From a virus, in IMG/VR virus record IMGVR_UViG_3300028653_000014, positions 1-64,000 of that record: a DNA stretch of 64,000 bases. One strand, given 5' to 3'. Each line of letters begins with the position of its first letter. Position 1 is the stretch's first letter. A program made the position numbers and the translations under genes. Of the stretch, positions 48,597 through 58,185 are shown piece by piece. A model generated the notes under the pieces. That model made no database searches and was not told the origin of the DNA. It worked only from the letters and a program-made list of their open reading frames with translations.

Positions 48597-50342
48597 TTAC
48601 GAGTGATTCTGGTAGGAGTAGGGACAATCCCCAACAGCGACCGGAAGCGAAACGGCTCCGTTATCGCAAACGAATGTCTCGACCGCAAGTGACTCCACAC
48701 CAACGTAGGCCACATTTTCGAAACTTTCGCCGAAAAGTTGGAAATTGTTAAGCGCATTGAGTACGCTATCCCGTACAATTCCCAACTCCAAAACTCCGCC
48801 GTCCAAATAGAGGAACGACCCCTCGGGGAAGAGGTACCAGACGACGGTCGGCGGGAACGTCAGGAGCGCCCCGTTCGCCTGGGTGCCGAACACCTGGCCG
48901 CGGCCGTTGGCGCCGTCGATGTAGTACGTCGGCTCGATCCCGAACGAGCGGAGCAGAGCCGTGACCTTCGCCTCGTCCGTGTCGAATCGCTGGAACTGGC
49001 CGCGGATGACGTCGGACACGATCAGGTCGACGGCCCAGTAGGGGATCATCAGCCTGAGGATCGCGCCCGGGTCCATCCGGTTGCGGTTCCGGAGGCCGTT
49101 CGCCGCAGCCAGGATCTGGCTGAACAGCGTGGCCGAGGCGCCCAGCCCGAGCGACCCTGCGGTCACCTGGGTCGAGAACGCGTCGATCTGGGTCAGGAGG
49201 TTCGACTCGGCCAGGCGAGCGTGGGCGGCGAGCACCAGGTTGTTCCACTGCGCGACAAGCTCCGGGAACGCGCGCGCCCCGAGGTTGCCGAACTGCAGGC
49301 AGTGGTAGATGATGTCGACGTCGGTCTCCTGGAACGGCGGGCACGGGATCGTCTGGCACGACTTCGTGGCCGACGAGCCGCCCGCGGCGTCCTGCGTCTC
49401 GGTGATGAGGCCGACACCCGTCGTGACCGCCGAGAGGGCGGCCGGGCGTGCGTAGCGGAGACCGCCACGGTCAGCGTTGAACGACGGGAGGGCGCCCATC
49501 ACGGGCCGGGTCGGCACCGAGATGTACTGCAGGTTGTAGTACGGCGTCACGGGGGCGCAGAGACCGCCGGACGCGACCAGCGAGTCGGGGGCGCCGTCGA
49601 GTTGCATCTTCTTCCGCTTCTCGAACTCGGCGTTGATGATGCTCTTCGACGTGACGGACGCGACGAGATTCATGTTCTGCTCGATCGACTGTCCGAGCAG
49701 ACGCGACTCAGGGTACTGGTCGTGCCAGTCGAACCGGCCGATCGTGAACTTCTCGTTCGTGTCCGGCCCGGCCTGCCCGAACGCCCGCTGGCGGTCGATC
49801 ATCGCCTGGGCGAGGTCGAGGTCGGAGGTGAACTGGCTTCCCGGCACCCGGTCGGGGGCACCCGCGGCGGCCGTCAGCGCGATCGGCTTCTCCGTCGGCT
49901 CGTACTCGACGGGGGTGCGGTCGGCGGACGGGCGCGGCAGACGGCCACGCACGACAGGCTTCGCGGCAGCCGTGACGGCCGCTGCTTCCTCGACCGGCTC
50001 GGCAGGCTCCTCCGGCTCCTCCGGCGTCTCAGCCGCGGCAGTCGCGAGGTCAGCGAACGCGGCCTTGTCCTCGTCGGACAACTCGACCGGCTCGGCGGGC
50101 GTCTCAGCCCTGGTCGCTGCGGCGGCCTTCAGAGACTTCACAGTCTCGATGGCGGCCTTCGTCTCGTCCAGCAGGTTCGCGGTCGTGTACTCCGCGGTGA
50201 TGAACTGGAGCGGGTTCGACGTGACGTCGCTGATCGCAAGCTCGTACGAGGCGATCAGACTCGCGAGGTCTTCGTCGGAAAGGGATGCGATGTCGTCTGG
50301 GACGGGCGCGAACAGCGGCTCGTCCAGGTTCTCGTTCTCCAT
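48597..50342 (-). CDS. major capsid protein with N-terminal scaffold domain
   Basis: SLVASGGLCAP..Y, LP.F...RGG, LDGG.L.LGIVRDS.LN..N.F..F.E.FE; AAGGAGG SD before ATG 50342. Confidence 0.9.
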   Translation of the reverse strand: MENENLDEPLFAPVPDDIASLSDEDLASLIASYELAISDVTSNPLQFITAEYTTANLLDETKAAIETVKSLKAAAATRAETPAEPVELSDEDKAAFADLATAAAETPEEPEEPAEPVEEAAAVTAAAKPVVRGRLPRPSADRTPVEYEPTEKPIALTAAAGAPDRVPGSQFTSDLDLAQAMIDRQRAFGQAGPDTNEKFTIGRFDWHDQYPESRLLGQSIEQNMNLVASVTSKSIINAEFEKRKKMQLDGAPDSLVASGGLCAPVTPYYNLQYISVPTRPVMGALPSFNADRGGLRYARPAALSAVTTGVGLITETQDAAGGSSATKSCQTIPCPPFQETDVDIIYHCLQFGNLGARAFPELVAQWNNLVLAAHARLAESNLLTQIDAFSTQVTAGSLGLGASATLFSQILAAANGLRNRNRMDPGAILRLMIPYWAVDLIVSDVIRGQFQRFDTDEAKVTALLRSFGIEPTYYIDGANGRGQVFGTQANGALLTFPPTVVWYLFPEGSFLYLDGGVLELGIVRDSVLNALNNFQLFGESFENVAYVGVESLAVETFVCDNGAVSLPVAVGDCPYSYQNHS

Positions 50343-50589
50343 CAGGTGTAGCCTCCTTGAACGCAAGTAGGGACTTCGGTTTGCGCTCGGCGGCTATGCC
50401 TGCCTTGCTACCGCACCCACTGGCTAAGCCGTGGTTACGATGGGTGAATCGTACTGCGGTCTAGTTTTGGCTTGAAACCAGGGAAACCGGGTAACGCGCG
50501 CGTTACCGCGCTACGGTGTTCTGCATGAGTGCCTCGACGCTATAGCCGCCCTACGGGGGGCGGCGCTGGAACGCGAGGAGGTACCCAAG

Positions 50590-50829
50590 ATGCGGAGATG
50601 GCACTCCGAGACCGCGCTGATGATCGCGCGGATGCAGTTCGCCCGCGCTGACCACGATCAGTGTGCTTGCCGCCGATGCACATCTGACGGGATCGGCTGG
50701 TTCCGCGACCGTCACCCGCGCGACTGTGGACGCGCCCGTTGCGGCTGTTGCCACGGCGAAAAAGCGTACGGCCCGAAGCGTCGCGGGGCTACGAAACGGC
50801 GCGCGGTCGAGTTCGAGTTGTCGCTGTAG
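50590..50829 (+). CDS. small Cys/His-rich basic protein
   Basis: GAGGAGG SD; DCGRARCGCCH; terminator hairpin at 50837-50873. Confidence 0.65.
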   Translation: MRRWHSETALMIARMQFARADHDQCACRRCTSDGIGWFRDRHPRDCGRARCGCCHGEKAYGPKRRGATKRRAVEFELSL

Positions 50830-50936
50830 AGGAAGCGACGGGCCGCCCGTCCCCGGTTCCCGGGCGGCCCGTCTCATCGCGGCGCTAGGAGGCGGATGAC
50901 GTGTCAGCGTTCCGCCACGCCGCAATCGGGTGAAGT

Positions 50937-51538
50937 CTATGCAGGAATCGGCAGGTCTCTCAGAGTCCCGAGAACGCCCCAGCGTCCATGCTCGATCAAC
51001 GTCGAGAACACGAGAGGAAGATCGACGGGCACCCCGATGTAGGCAAGTCCCGGTGTTCTCCACGTCGGATCGATCACGCCGCCGTCTGCGTCTGAGCACC
51101 ACGCGTGGTGAACCGCGAACGTGTCGTGCTCCCAGCCGTCGATCGCCGGGACGGCCCATCCTTCCACGTACGGCAGGCCGTGTTTCTCTGCGAGACGGTA
51201 GGCGTTCGCGAAGCAGCGGCGCTCCTGCCCGAACCGGTAGCCGTGACCGCGTGGCTTCGGCTGCGGCCGGTAGCAGACGCCGTGTTCGAGCACGTGCGTG
51301 GCCCAGTCCCACCGGGAGAGCGCCGTCAGATAGTCGCGGATCACCTGCTCGTGCTCGTTCACGTCTCATCCTCTGGCATGTACTCGAAGGCGAGATTGTC
51401 GTCCTCCGACGACCCGTACGTCCTCAGCCACTGCACGCACTCAGCACGGGTGGCGAGTCCCTCCTGCCCGTAGAAGGCGCGGATGGCCCGCCGCCATTCA
51501 TCTGGGACGTCGACGGTGTAGGCGACACGGATCTTCAT
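50937..51538 (-). CDS. two hypothetical genes (50937-51362 with CF.NA/YVEG/HAW papain-like motifs; 51359-51538)
   Basis: CFANA..YVEGWA..HHAWC..VIDPTW..Y.GV. Confidence 0.6.
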
Positions 51539-52059
51539 GCCGTCACCGCCGATCCCTGATAGACGGTCAGCACCCGGAGCGCGTGCTCCTCACAGAGCAG
51601 TTCGCTCTGCTTGCCGCGGCCCCGGTCGAACGCCAGGACGTGCATCAGTTCGTGCGCGAGCGTATGGACGACGGCCTCTTCGACGGTGTGCGTCCGGTAG
51701 ATCGGCCAGCGGCCGATGTGCGTTGCACCTTCGGCGACTGTCGTCTCGATCCACTGATAGGCGTCAGCGACAGAATGACCGGCCGCGTACTGGCGTAGCG
51801 GGGTTGCGTGCCAGCACACGCGGGCGGCGCCGAGGATGTCCCAGTCGTCGCCCGGCACCGACGTGGTTACGAAGTGAGCCGCACGTCCCGCCCATTTCCG
51901 GATCGACCCTGGGCCTGCGTGCCCGGACGGGAACTCGCCATCGAGCAACTTGATCGCGATCGTCTTCTTGATCGTCGGGGAGTGGGCGAGCGCGAACTCG
52001 ACCAACTCGGCGGCGGTGTCGTCGCTCAGACGGCTCTGGTTAAGTAGCCGGTAGCTCAT
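51535..52059 (-). CDS. putative zinc metallopeptidase
   Basis: LAHELMH followed by E..C...A. Confidence 0.6.
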   Translation of the reverse strand: MSYRLLNQSRLSDDTAAELVEFALAHSPTIKKTIAIKLLDGEFPSGHAGPGSIRKWAGRAAHFVTTSVPGDDWDILGAARVCWHATPLRQYAAGHSVADAYQWIETTVAEGATHIGRWPIYRTHTVEEAVVHTLAHELMHVLAFDRGRGKQSELLCEEHALRVLTVYQGSAVTA

Positions 52060-52474
52060 GACTTCGCCTTCGTCTCAGCGACGGGCCAGAAGTACAGCCC
52101 GGCCCGGTCGTCCTCGGCCACGGTGTACATCGGGCCGCTCAGAACGACGGTGCCGTGGAAGACGGTCTTGTCGATCGTGCGGGTCACGTGGGTGCCGGGT
52201 GCGAACCTCATGACGCCTGCCCGATCTTGTACGCGGTCTCCCACCCGTTCCGGTCGCGGATGTTCATGATCGCGTGCTCTGCTTCGACGATCGCCTTGCA
52301 GGCAGCGTCGTAGAGCGGCCGGGGCATTCCGCCTCCGGTCATGCATCCGTGCTCGTCGCGCTCGACCGGGGTCTCGAACGGGATGCGAACCATCTCGCGC
52401 CGGAGCGCGACACGGACGGCAGTCAACTCGCGGATGTGGGCGTTCAACGCGTGATACTCGGCTGCTTCGATCAT
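52056..52474 (-). CDS. two small hypothetical genes (52056-52211, 52208-52474)
   Basis: Strong GAGGAGG/AGGAG SD; divergent promoter region 52500-52595. Confidence 0.6.
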
Positions 52475-52594
52475 CTCTCCTACCTCCTCTTTCATGGAAC
52501 GCTGACGAGACTCAGTATAGCAGAATACCTCTAGGCGCAAGTCTCACCCTCCCCCGTTCTTGATAGCAGGCTACCCTTGTGGTAGGGTCGTCTC

Positions 52595-54443
52595 GTGCCG
52601 CTTAGCACCACAGGACTCATCGAGACGGTCGCCCGGTTCCGGGCTGACAAGCTCGCGCTCGTCGCGTTGATCGGGACAATGGGCGCCGAGACCGAGGCGG
52701 ACGCGCTCGCACGGCTGCGTGACGTCATCCGTGTCACGGCCGAGCAGATGGCGGCGATCAGGAAGATGCCGCGCCCGAAGCGGCAGGGATTCGATCTGTG
52801 GCATGACGTGCATGAACTCGCGACCGAGGTGGAGCCGTGGCTCGCCCAGCTTGTCGAAAGGACGGCGGCCTGATGCTCGCGTTCACGTTGTCGATGCCCG
52901 GCGTCGGGTCATGGGACGGCCGCTGGTCAGGAGCAGGGCGCCCGTATGTCATTGTGCGGCCCGTGCGTAGCAAGGCCGCCAAGGAGTTCGCCGAAGAGAT
53001 CCTGGACGGCTCCCCGTATCGCTATGACTTCGGTGACGGCTGGGCCGCATCCGTCTCAGTGCGAGAGGTAGACGGGGTTGAGGCGCGCAAGCTGCGCCGG
53101 GCCAGCGCCGGGTTCTGCGGCTACGGGTGGATGGTCGACGAGATCATGGAGCACGGCCGCATCCTGCGGCTCGACGAACGAGGCACGATCGACAGCCGGA
53201 AGGCCGAAGCGTGACCAACACGATTTGCTACCCGCACATCACGAAGCCTGGCGTCCGCTACTGCGTGCGATGCGGCGCTTCGCTGCCGGTCTTTCGAGCG
53301 CCGGTAACGCCCGCGTGATCCCTCGCGGCCACGTTCACCGGCTCGTCCCGATCTCCGTCTACGACCGGCCCGACCGGTCGACGGTCATCCAGTCCCGCTG
53401 CCAGGCCATCATGCCGTCCGGGGCCGCCCCCGACCTCGTTTGCTCACTGGAGGAGGAGCGGGTGTTCCACGGGCAGACACCGATCTCGATCCGGTTCAAG
53501 TTCGGCGGCATGTGGCTGAGCGCACTCGACCTGCTGCGACTGCTGCCCGTTGCCGTTCAGGAGTGCCCGAGTTGTCACGGAGAACCAACGCTGTTGCGCT
53601 GCACGATCTGCGCCGGTACGGGAGTTGTTGAACGGGAGGGCGACACCTTCGTGGCGTTGAAGCTCCCTGATCTGAAAGTGACATGACCAGCCGAGTCCGG
53701 AATGTGCCGGAGGCGACGGCTGAGCATCTCGCGCTGGTCGAGCAGATGGCGACGAGGGCGATGACAGGCTGGTATCTCGGGTCGATGGAGACGCTGAAGG
53801 AGTTCGGCGCCACCGTCGACATACCTTCCCGGACCGACCCGGAGGAGGTGTGGGTTCGTCTGCTACTTACGCGCGACCGGATGCACCACTCAGTCGGCTG
53901 GTGGCGCAACGCCGAGTACGAATACTGCTGGCATCTGTCGATCAGCGCGCGGCCCGCCACCGAGGTACGGCTTGCCCGGATCGGCCTGCGCGAAGACGCA
54001 GGCTACGTCGATCTGACGAAGCGCGAAGAAACCTACTGGGGCCGACTGTTCTTCGCCGCTCACGCCGACAAGGTGTGGCACGAGCCGGGCGGCACCGACC
54101 CTCGCCTATCGCCGCAAGAGGCCCACCGCAACCGAGCGATCTCCCATCTCCGCCTGTTCCTCGACCCGGAGACATTCGAGCCGTTCATGCCGACCGGCGA
54201 GGTCTACGATCTGACACGGTGGATCGAAGGTCTAACCCCGGAAAAGGTCGACCGATGATCGGCGGCATGGTCGGGCGCACGTATCTGCTCCCCGACGGCC
54301 GTCTCGGCCGTGTCGTCGCGCGCTGGTCGGGGAAGGGATGCCCGCGGAACGTGCTCGTCGCGTTCGAGGACGGCAGCATGACGTGTCGGCCCTTCCGGGG
54401 CCTTCGTCGCCTCCCTGCGCCGTATACTCCGCCCCGTGATTGA
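52595..54443 (+). CDS. operon of small hypothetical genes (52595-52873, 52873-53214, 53211-53318, 53315-53686, 53683-54258, 54255-54443)
   Basis: Chain of overlapping start/stop codons; TAGGGT-N7-GTG leaderless start. Confidence 0.6.
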
Positions 54444-55939
54444 CCAGACGCAGCCGGGCGCCACGTGGGGGCTTGGCGATGTGTTTCTGCAGCCGCGGCA
54501 GGTGGCCGATCTCGCGTATCGACACGGTGTCACGAACGCCGCCGACTTGGCGGTCATCATCGCGATCTGTTACGCCGAGTCTCAGGCAGGGGTGAACGCG
54601 TGGCACGACAACCTAGCGGCGGACGGCGTGACGGTTCTGAGCCGCGACGTCGGTCTTTTCCAGATCAACATCCCGGCCAGTGCGATCGGCGGACCTCAGG
54701 AGGAGGCTCTGTACGACCCGGAGAAGAACGCGGCAGCGATGTTCGCGCTCTACAGCCACCGCCGCTTCGAGCCGTGGGCGTCGTTCAACTGCGTCCCGCT
54801 TGATGCCCAGATTTTGACAAGGCGCGGCTGGCTTGACTCCACCGACGTACGCGCTGGGTTCGATCAGACACTGGGCTATGACACGGCGCTCGAACAGCTT
54901 AGATGGACGTCGATCCTTCACGTCGGACAGCTAGAAAAGCAGGTCACGATTGAGATAGATGGCCGTCAGTGGAAGGCGCGAGTAACGCCGGGGCATCGCT
55001 GGTCCCTAGTCCGCAACTGGTATACGCGACGGACGAGGACACCGCGAGAGGAACTTGCCCCAACGAATGAGATTCGTCCACATGATCGTATTCGGCTAGC
55101 GGCAGTCGCTGTCGGAGGCGATCTCCCCATCTCCCCGCAAGAAGCAGCGGTGATTGCGTGGCTGCTTGGAGACGGGAGTATGCGCACACGTCAGAGCGAC
55201 GGAAGACGCCGGGCGTTTATGGTCGAGAGCGACGAGGCAGACCTCGTTGGCAAGGCGTGCATCTTGCAGTCGAAGCCCTCAGGGGTCGCCGCATTACAAG
55301 CACTCCTAGAACCCGTCCCTCACCGCGCCACACAAACTGCGCACATCGCCGAGGGGCAAAACTATCGGCGCTCGCGATTCACGCTTGCCCCAGACTATGT
55401 ACGGGACGTCCTTGCTCGTGCCGAGATCGACCAGCGTGGCCTGATGGGATTCGTGTTCGGACTAAGCATGGAGGCGAGACAGGCGTTTGTTGAGGCATTC
55501 GTGATGGCCGAGGGTGGTCATGAACCCACAGGGTCGTATTTCACCCAGAACGAGGGGGCCACTACTTGATGCTGCGATTGTCGCGACGTACATGAACGGC
55601 AAGCGACCGAGTGTCCACGTCAACGCGCCACATCGGTCAGACATATCGCGCAGCGTCCACCTCTGCGAACCGTATGCAGCCGGTTCGCGCCTCCAGTTCG
55701 GAGTCGAGCAAGTCGAAGATGTCTGGTGTCCTACGACTGAACTTGGCACGTGGACGATGCGCCAGAACGGACGCGTAATGCTGACGGGGAACTCCGCCGT
55801 GTATCTGAACGACGGCTACACGGGGAAGGCCGCGCTCGGGATGTGCAACTTCGCGGTCGAACGGTTCAACACGGCCGGGGCCAAGCTGCCGTTGCCGCTG
55901 TTCACGCTGCCCGATCTGCGCAAGAAGCTCCCGCACTAA
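54436..55939 (+). CDS. lysozyme-like lytic transglycosylase containing an intein (frameshift in the G5 run at 55554-55558)
   Basis: IAICYAES, D.GLFQIN, LYDPEKNA..A..Y...F.PWASFN|...|SAVY. Confidence 0.85.
54790..55792 (+). mobile_element. intein with LAGLIDADG endonuclease
   Basis: CVPLDAQILTRRGW, TPGHRW, AWLLGDGS, AFVMAEGG, VWCPTTELGTW..RQNG..MLTGN/S. Confidence 0.9.
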
Positions 55940-55947
55940 CGCGTGCG

Positions 55948-56613
55948 TTACCGGGTCCAGTCGATGGCCGCGACGTCACACTCATCGCAGTCGCCGACGT
56001 AGCAGCACGAAGTTCTTCCCTCGTCGAGGCCGTTCATCGTGCGGCGGCCGATCAGGCTGATCGATCGATCCTCGTGCTGGACGAGGTTCGGGACGGTCGA
56101 GATCGGCTCGACGCCGACGTGTCTGGCCCAACGGTTCACGATCTCGTCGTCGGCGGTGAAGTCGGGCCGCCATCCTTGCACGTCGACGAACTCCAGCAGA
56201 CTCGGGATCATCACCGTCGGCCATGCCACCGCGACCTGCGCCAAGAAGTGCGCCGCGGGTAGCTCGGCCCACGGTTCGTCCCGTTCGCAGGCGGCCCACA
56301 CGGCACGTGCGTGAGTCTCCGGGCGCCCTGCGACGAAGAACAGGATCAGACGGTCGCTGCGGGCCTCTACGGCCGCGTGTGCCGCGTCGCGGAACCCTGG
56401 GCAGACGGTTGTGTCGTCTTGAAGACTCACGACGTGCGTGGCTTCCTGCGGTCTCGTCTCCAGCAGATGCCGCAGGGTCCTCCAGGGTGACTTGATCGGG
56501 GCGTCCGGCTCCGGGTCGTAACACACCTGGCCGCCGACCTCCTGCGCGAGCGTCTCGGCCATCAGCGTCCGGGTCGGGTGCGCCTGCACCCTGAATGCGA
56601 TGTCGACGGTCAC
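55948..56613 (-). CDS. GT-A fold glycosyltransferase
   Basis: AHP.R, HVVSLQDD..C.GF, VA.A.P, DD.I..W, PNLVQH, as in actinophage glycosyltransferases. Confidence 0.7.
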   Translation of the reverse strand: MTVDIAFRVQAHPTRTLMAETLAQEVGGQVCYDPEPDAPIKSPWRTLRHLLETRPQEATHVVSLQDDTTVCPGFRDAAHAAVEARSDRLILFFVAGRPETHARAVWAACERDEPWAELPAAHFLAQVAVAWPTVMIPSLLEFVDVQGWRPDFTADDEIVNRWARHVGVEPISTVPNLVQHEDRSISLIGRRTMNGLDEGRTSCCYVGDCDECDVAAIDWTR

Positions 56614-56625
56614 GCGGCCGTGACT

Positions 56626-58185
56626 TTACAGCAGGCCGAGCGCGAGCATCTCTTCCAACTCCGCCTGCTCCCGCTCCGCACGCGCGTCGACGGTCGGCAG
56701 GTGTTTGTCGAGCCAGTCGGCGGGGAACCCGGAGCCGCCGCCGAGCGCGACCGTGACGGGCGGTGGCGGAACGTGGCCGCCGGACACGGTGACGGCCAGG
56801 GTCGATGTGCCCGCCAGGACGGGGGTGAGGTACTGGAACCGTGTGAGGGTCGCGGCGAGCGTGCTGGTGCCCGTCAGGGTCGGCCGGATGTAGACGACGC
56901 CCAGCAGCGACGCGGTCAGACTCGATGTGCCGACGAACGTCGGGGTCAGCAGCTTGTACTCGGCCAGTCCGGCGTCCAGTGTCGAGGTGCCGCTGAGCGC
57001 GACGGTGATCTGCTGGAACTCGGTCAGCGCGGCACTCAGCGCGGACGTGCCTGCCAGATCGACGGTGACGTACCGGAACTCCGTGACGGCGGCGGCGAGA
57101 CTCGATGTACCGGCCAGCGTGACCGTGATGCGCTTCTGCTCCGCAACACTCACGCTCAGAGACGAACTGCCCGCGAGGGTCGGGGTCAGATAGACGAGTT
57201 CCCCCAGGGTCGCCGTGAGGGTGCTGGCCCCGGCCAGGGCAACGGTGATGTGCTTGTACTCCGTGACGGCTGCCGACAACGACGAGGTGCCTGTCAGCGA
57301 CACCGTGATCTGCTTGAACGAAGTCAGGGTTGCGGTCAGCGACGATGTGCCCGCGAGAGCCGGGGTGATGTGCTTGAACTCCATCAGGGACGCGGCGAGC
57401 GTGCTCGTGCCTGCGAGTGCAACGGTGATCTGCTTGTCCGCCGTCAGGGCCGCCGTCAGCGACGAGGTTCCAGCCAGGGTGACGGTGATGGCTTTGAACT
57501 CGGTGACGGTCGCGGTCAGCGAACTTGTCCCGGCCAGCGTGACCGTCAGGTTCTTATCCGACGTCAGGGAGGCGCTGAGAGACGACGTACCGGTCAACGA
57601 GACCGTCAGACGCTTCTGCTCCGTCAGGGTCGCCGTGAGGCTGCTGGTGCCCGCGAGGGACACCGTGAGATTCTTGTCCTCGACTAGCGAAGCGCTGAGG
57701 GCCGATGTTCCCGCGAGGGCGACCGTGATCTGTTTGAACTCCGTGAGGCTTGCCGCAAGGCTGCTCGTTCCTGCCAGTGTCACCGTGAGGTTCTTGTCCT
57801 CGACTAGAGACGCCGACAGACTCGACGTGCCCGCCAGAGCAACCGTGATTCGTTTCTGCTGCGTCAGCGAGGCCGTCAACGCCGACGTCCCGGCCAGCGT
57901 GACCGTCAGGTCGTCGTCCTCTACGAGCGCCGCCGTCAGTGACGAGGTGCCCGCCAACGCGACGGTGATCTGCTTGTATTCCGTCAGCGTCGTGCTGAGA
58001 CTTGAGGTACCGGCCAGGGCAACGACGAGGGAGTCGATGGCTGTTTCAGCCGGAACCTGCTGGCGCATCGGCTCACCAGCGCGGAAGTAGTCGAACTCGA
58101 ACTCGCTGCTCTTACCCGCGAAGGCGCCGAACGGCTCCCCCGCGCGGAAGTAGTCGAGTTCGTTTGGGTTAGCCGCCGAGGCCAT
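56626..58185 (-). CDS. Ser/Thr-rich repetitive fibre/stalk protein
   Basis: 21 repeats of 20 aa; duplicated DYFRAGEP at the N-terminus. Confidence 0.8.
   Translation of the reverse strand: MASAANPNELDYFRAGEPFGAFAGKSSEFEFDYFRAGEPMRQQVPAETAIDSLVVALAGTSSLSTTLTEYKQITVALAGTSSLTAALVEDDDLTVTLAGTSALTASLTQQKRITVALAGTSSLSASLVEDKNLTVTLAGTSSLAASLTEFKQITVALAGTSALSASLVEDKNLTVSLAGTSSLTATLTEQKRLTVSLTGTSSLSASLTSDKNLTVTLAGTSSLTATVTEFKAITVTLAGTSSLTAALTADKQITVALAGTSTLAASLMEFKHITPALAGTSSLTATLTSFKQITVSLTGTSSLSAAVTEYKHITVALAGASTLTATLGELVYLTPTLAGSSSLSVSVAEQKRITVTLAGTSSLAAAVTEFRYVTVDLAGTSALSAALTEFQQITVALSGTSTLDAGLAEYKLLTPTFVGTSSLTASLLGVVYIRPTLTGTSTLAATLTRFQYLTPVLAGTSTLAVTVSGGHVPPPPVTVALGGGSGFPADWLDKHLPTVDARAEREQAELEEMLALGLL
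56770..58029 (-). repeat. 21 x 60-bp coding tandem repeat
   Basis: Unit (I/L)TV(A/T)LAGTSSL(T/S)A(S/T)LTExKx, diverged at synonymous positions. Confidence 0.9.

Noticed and set aside
48738-50351. Long plus-strand ORFs opposite real genes (also 175..1203, 19277..20119, 56578..57687, 58761..59843)
   Set aside because: Antisense shadows of high-GC3 minus-strand genes; Arg/Gly-rich with no recognisable motifs
56770-58029. 60-bp periodic array as a CRISPR array or DGR
   Set aside because: In-frame coding repeat with synonymous divergence; no unique spacers, cas genes or reverse transcriptase
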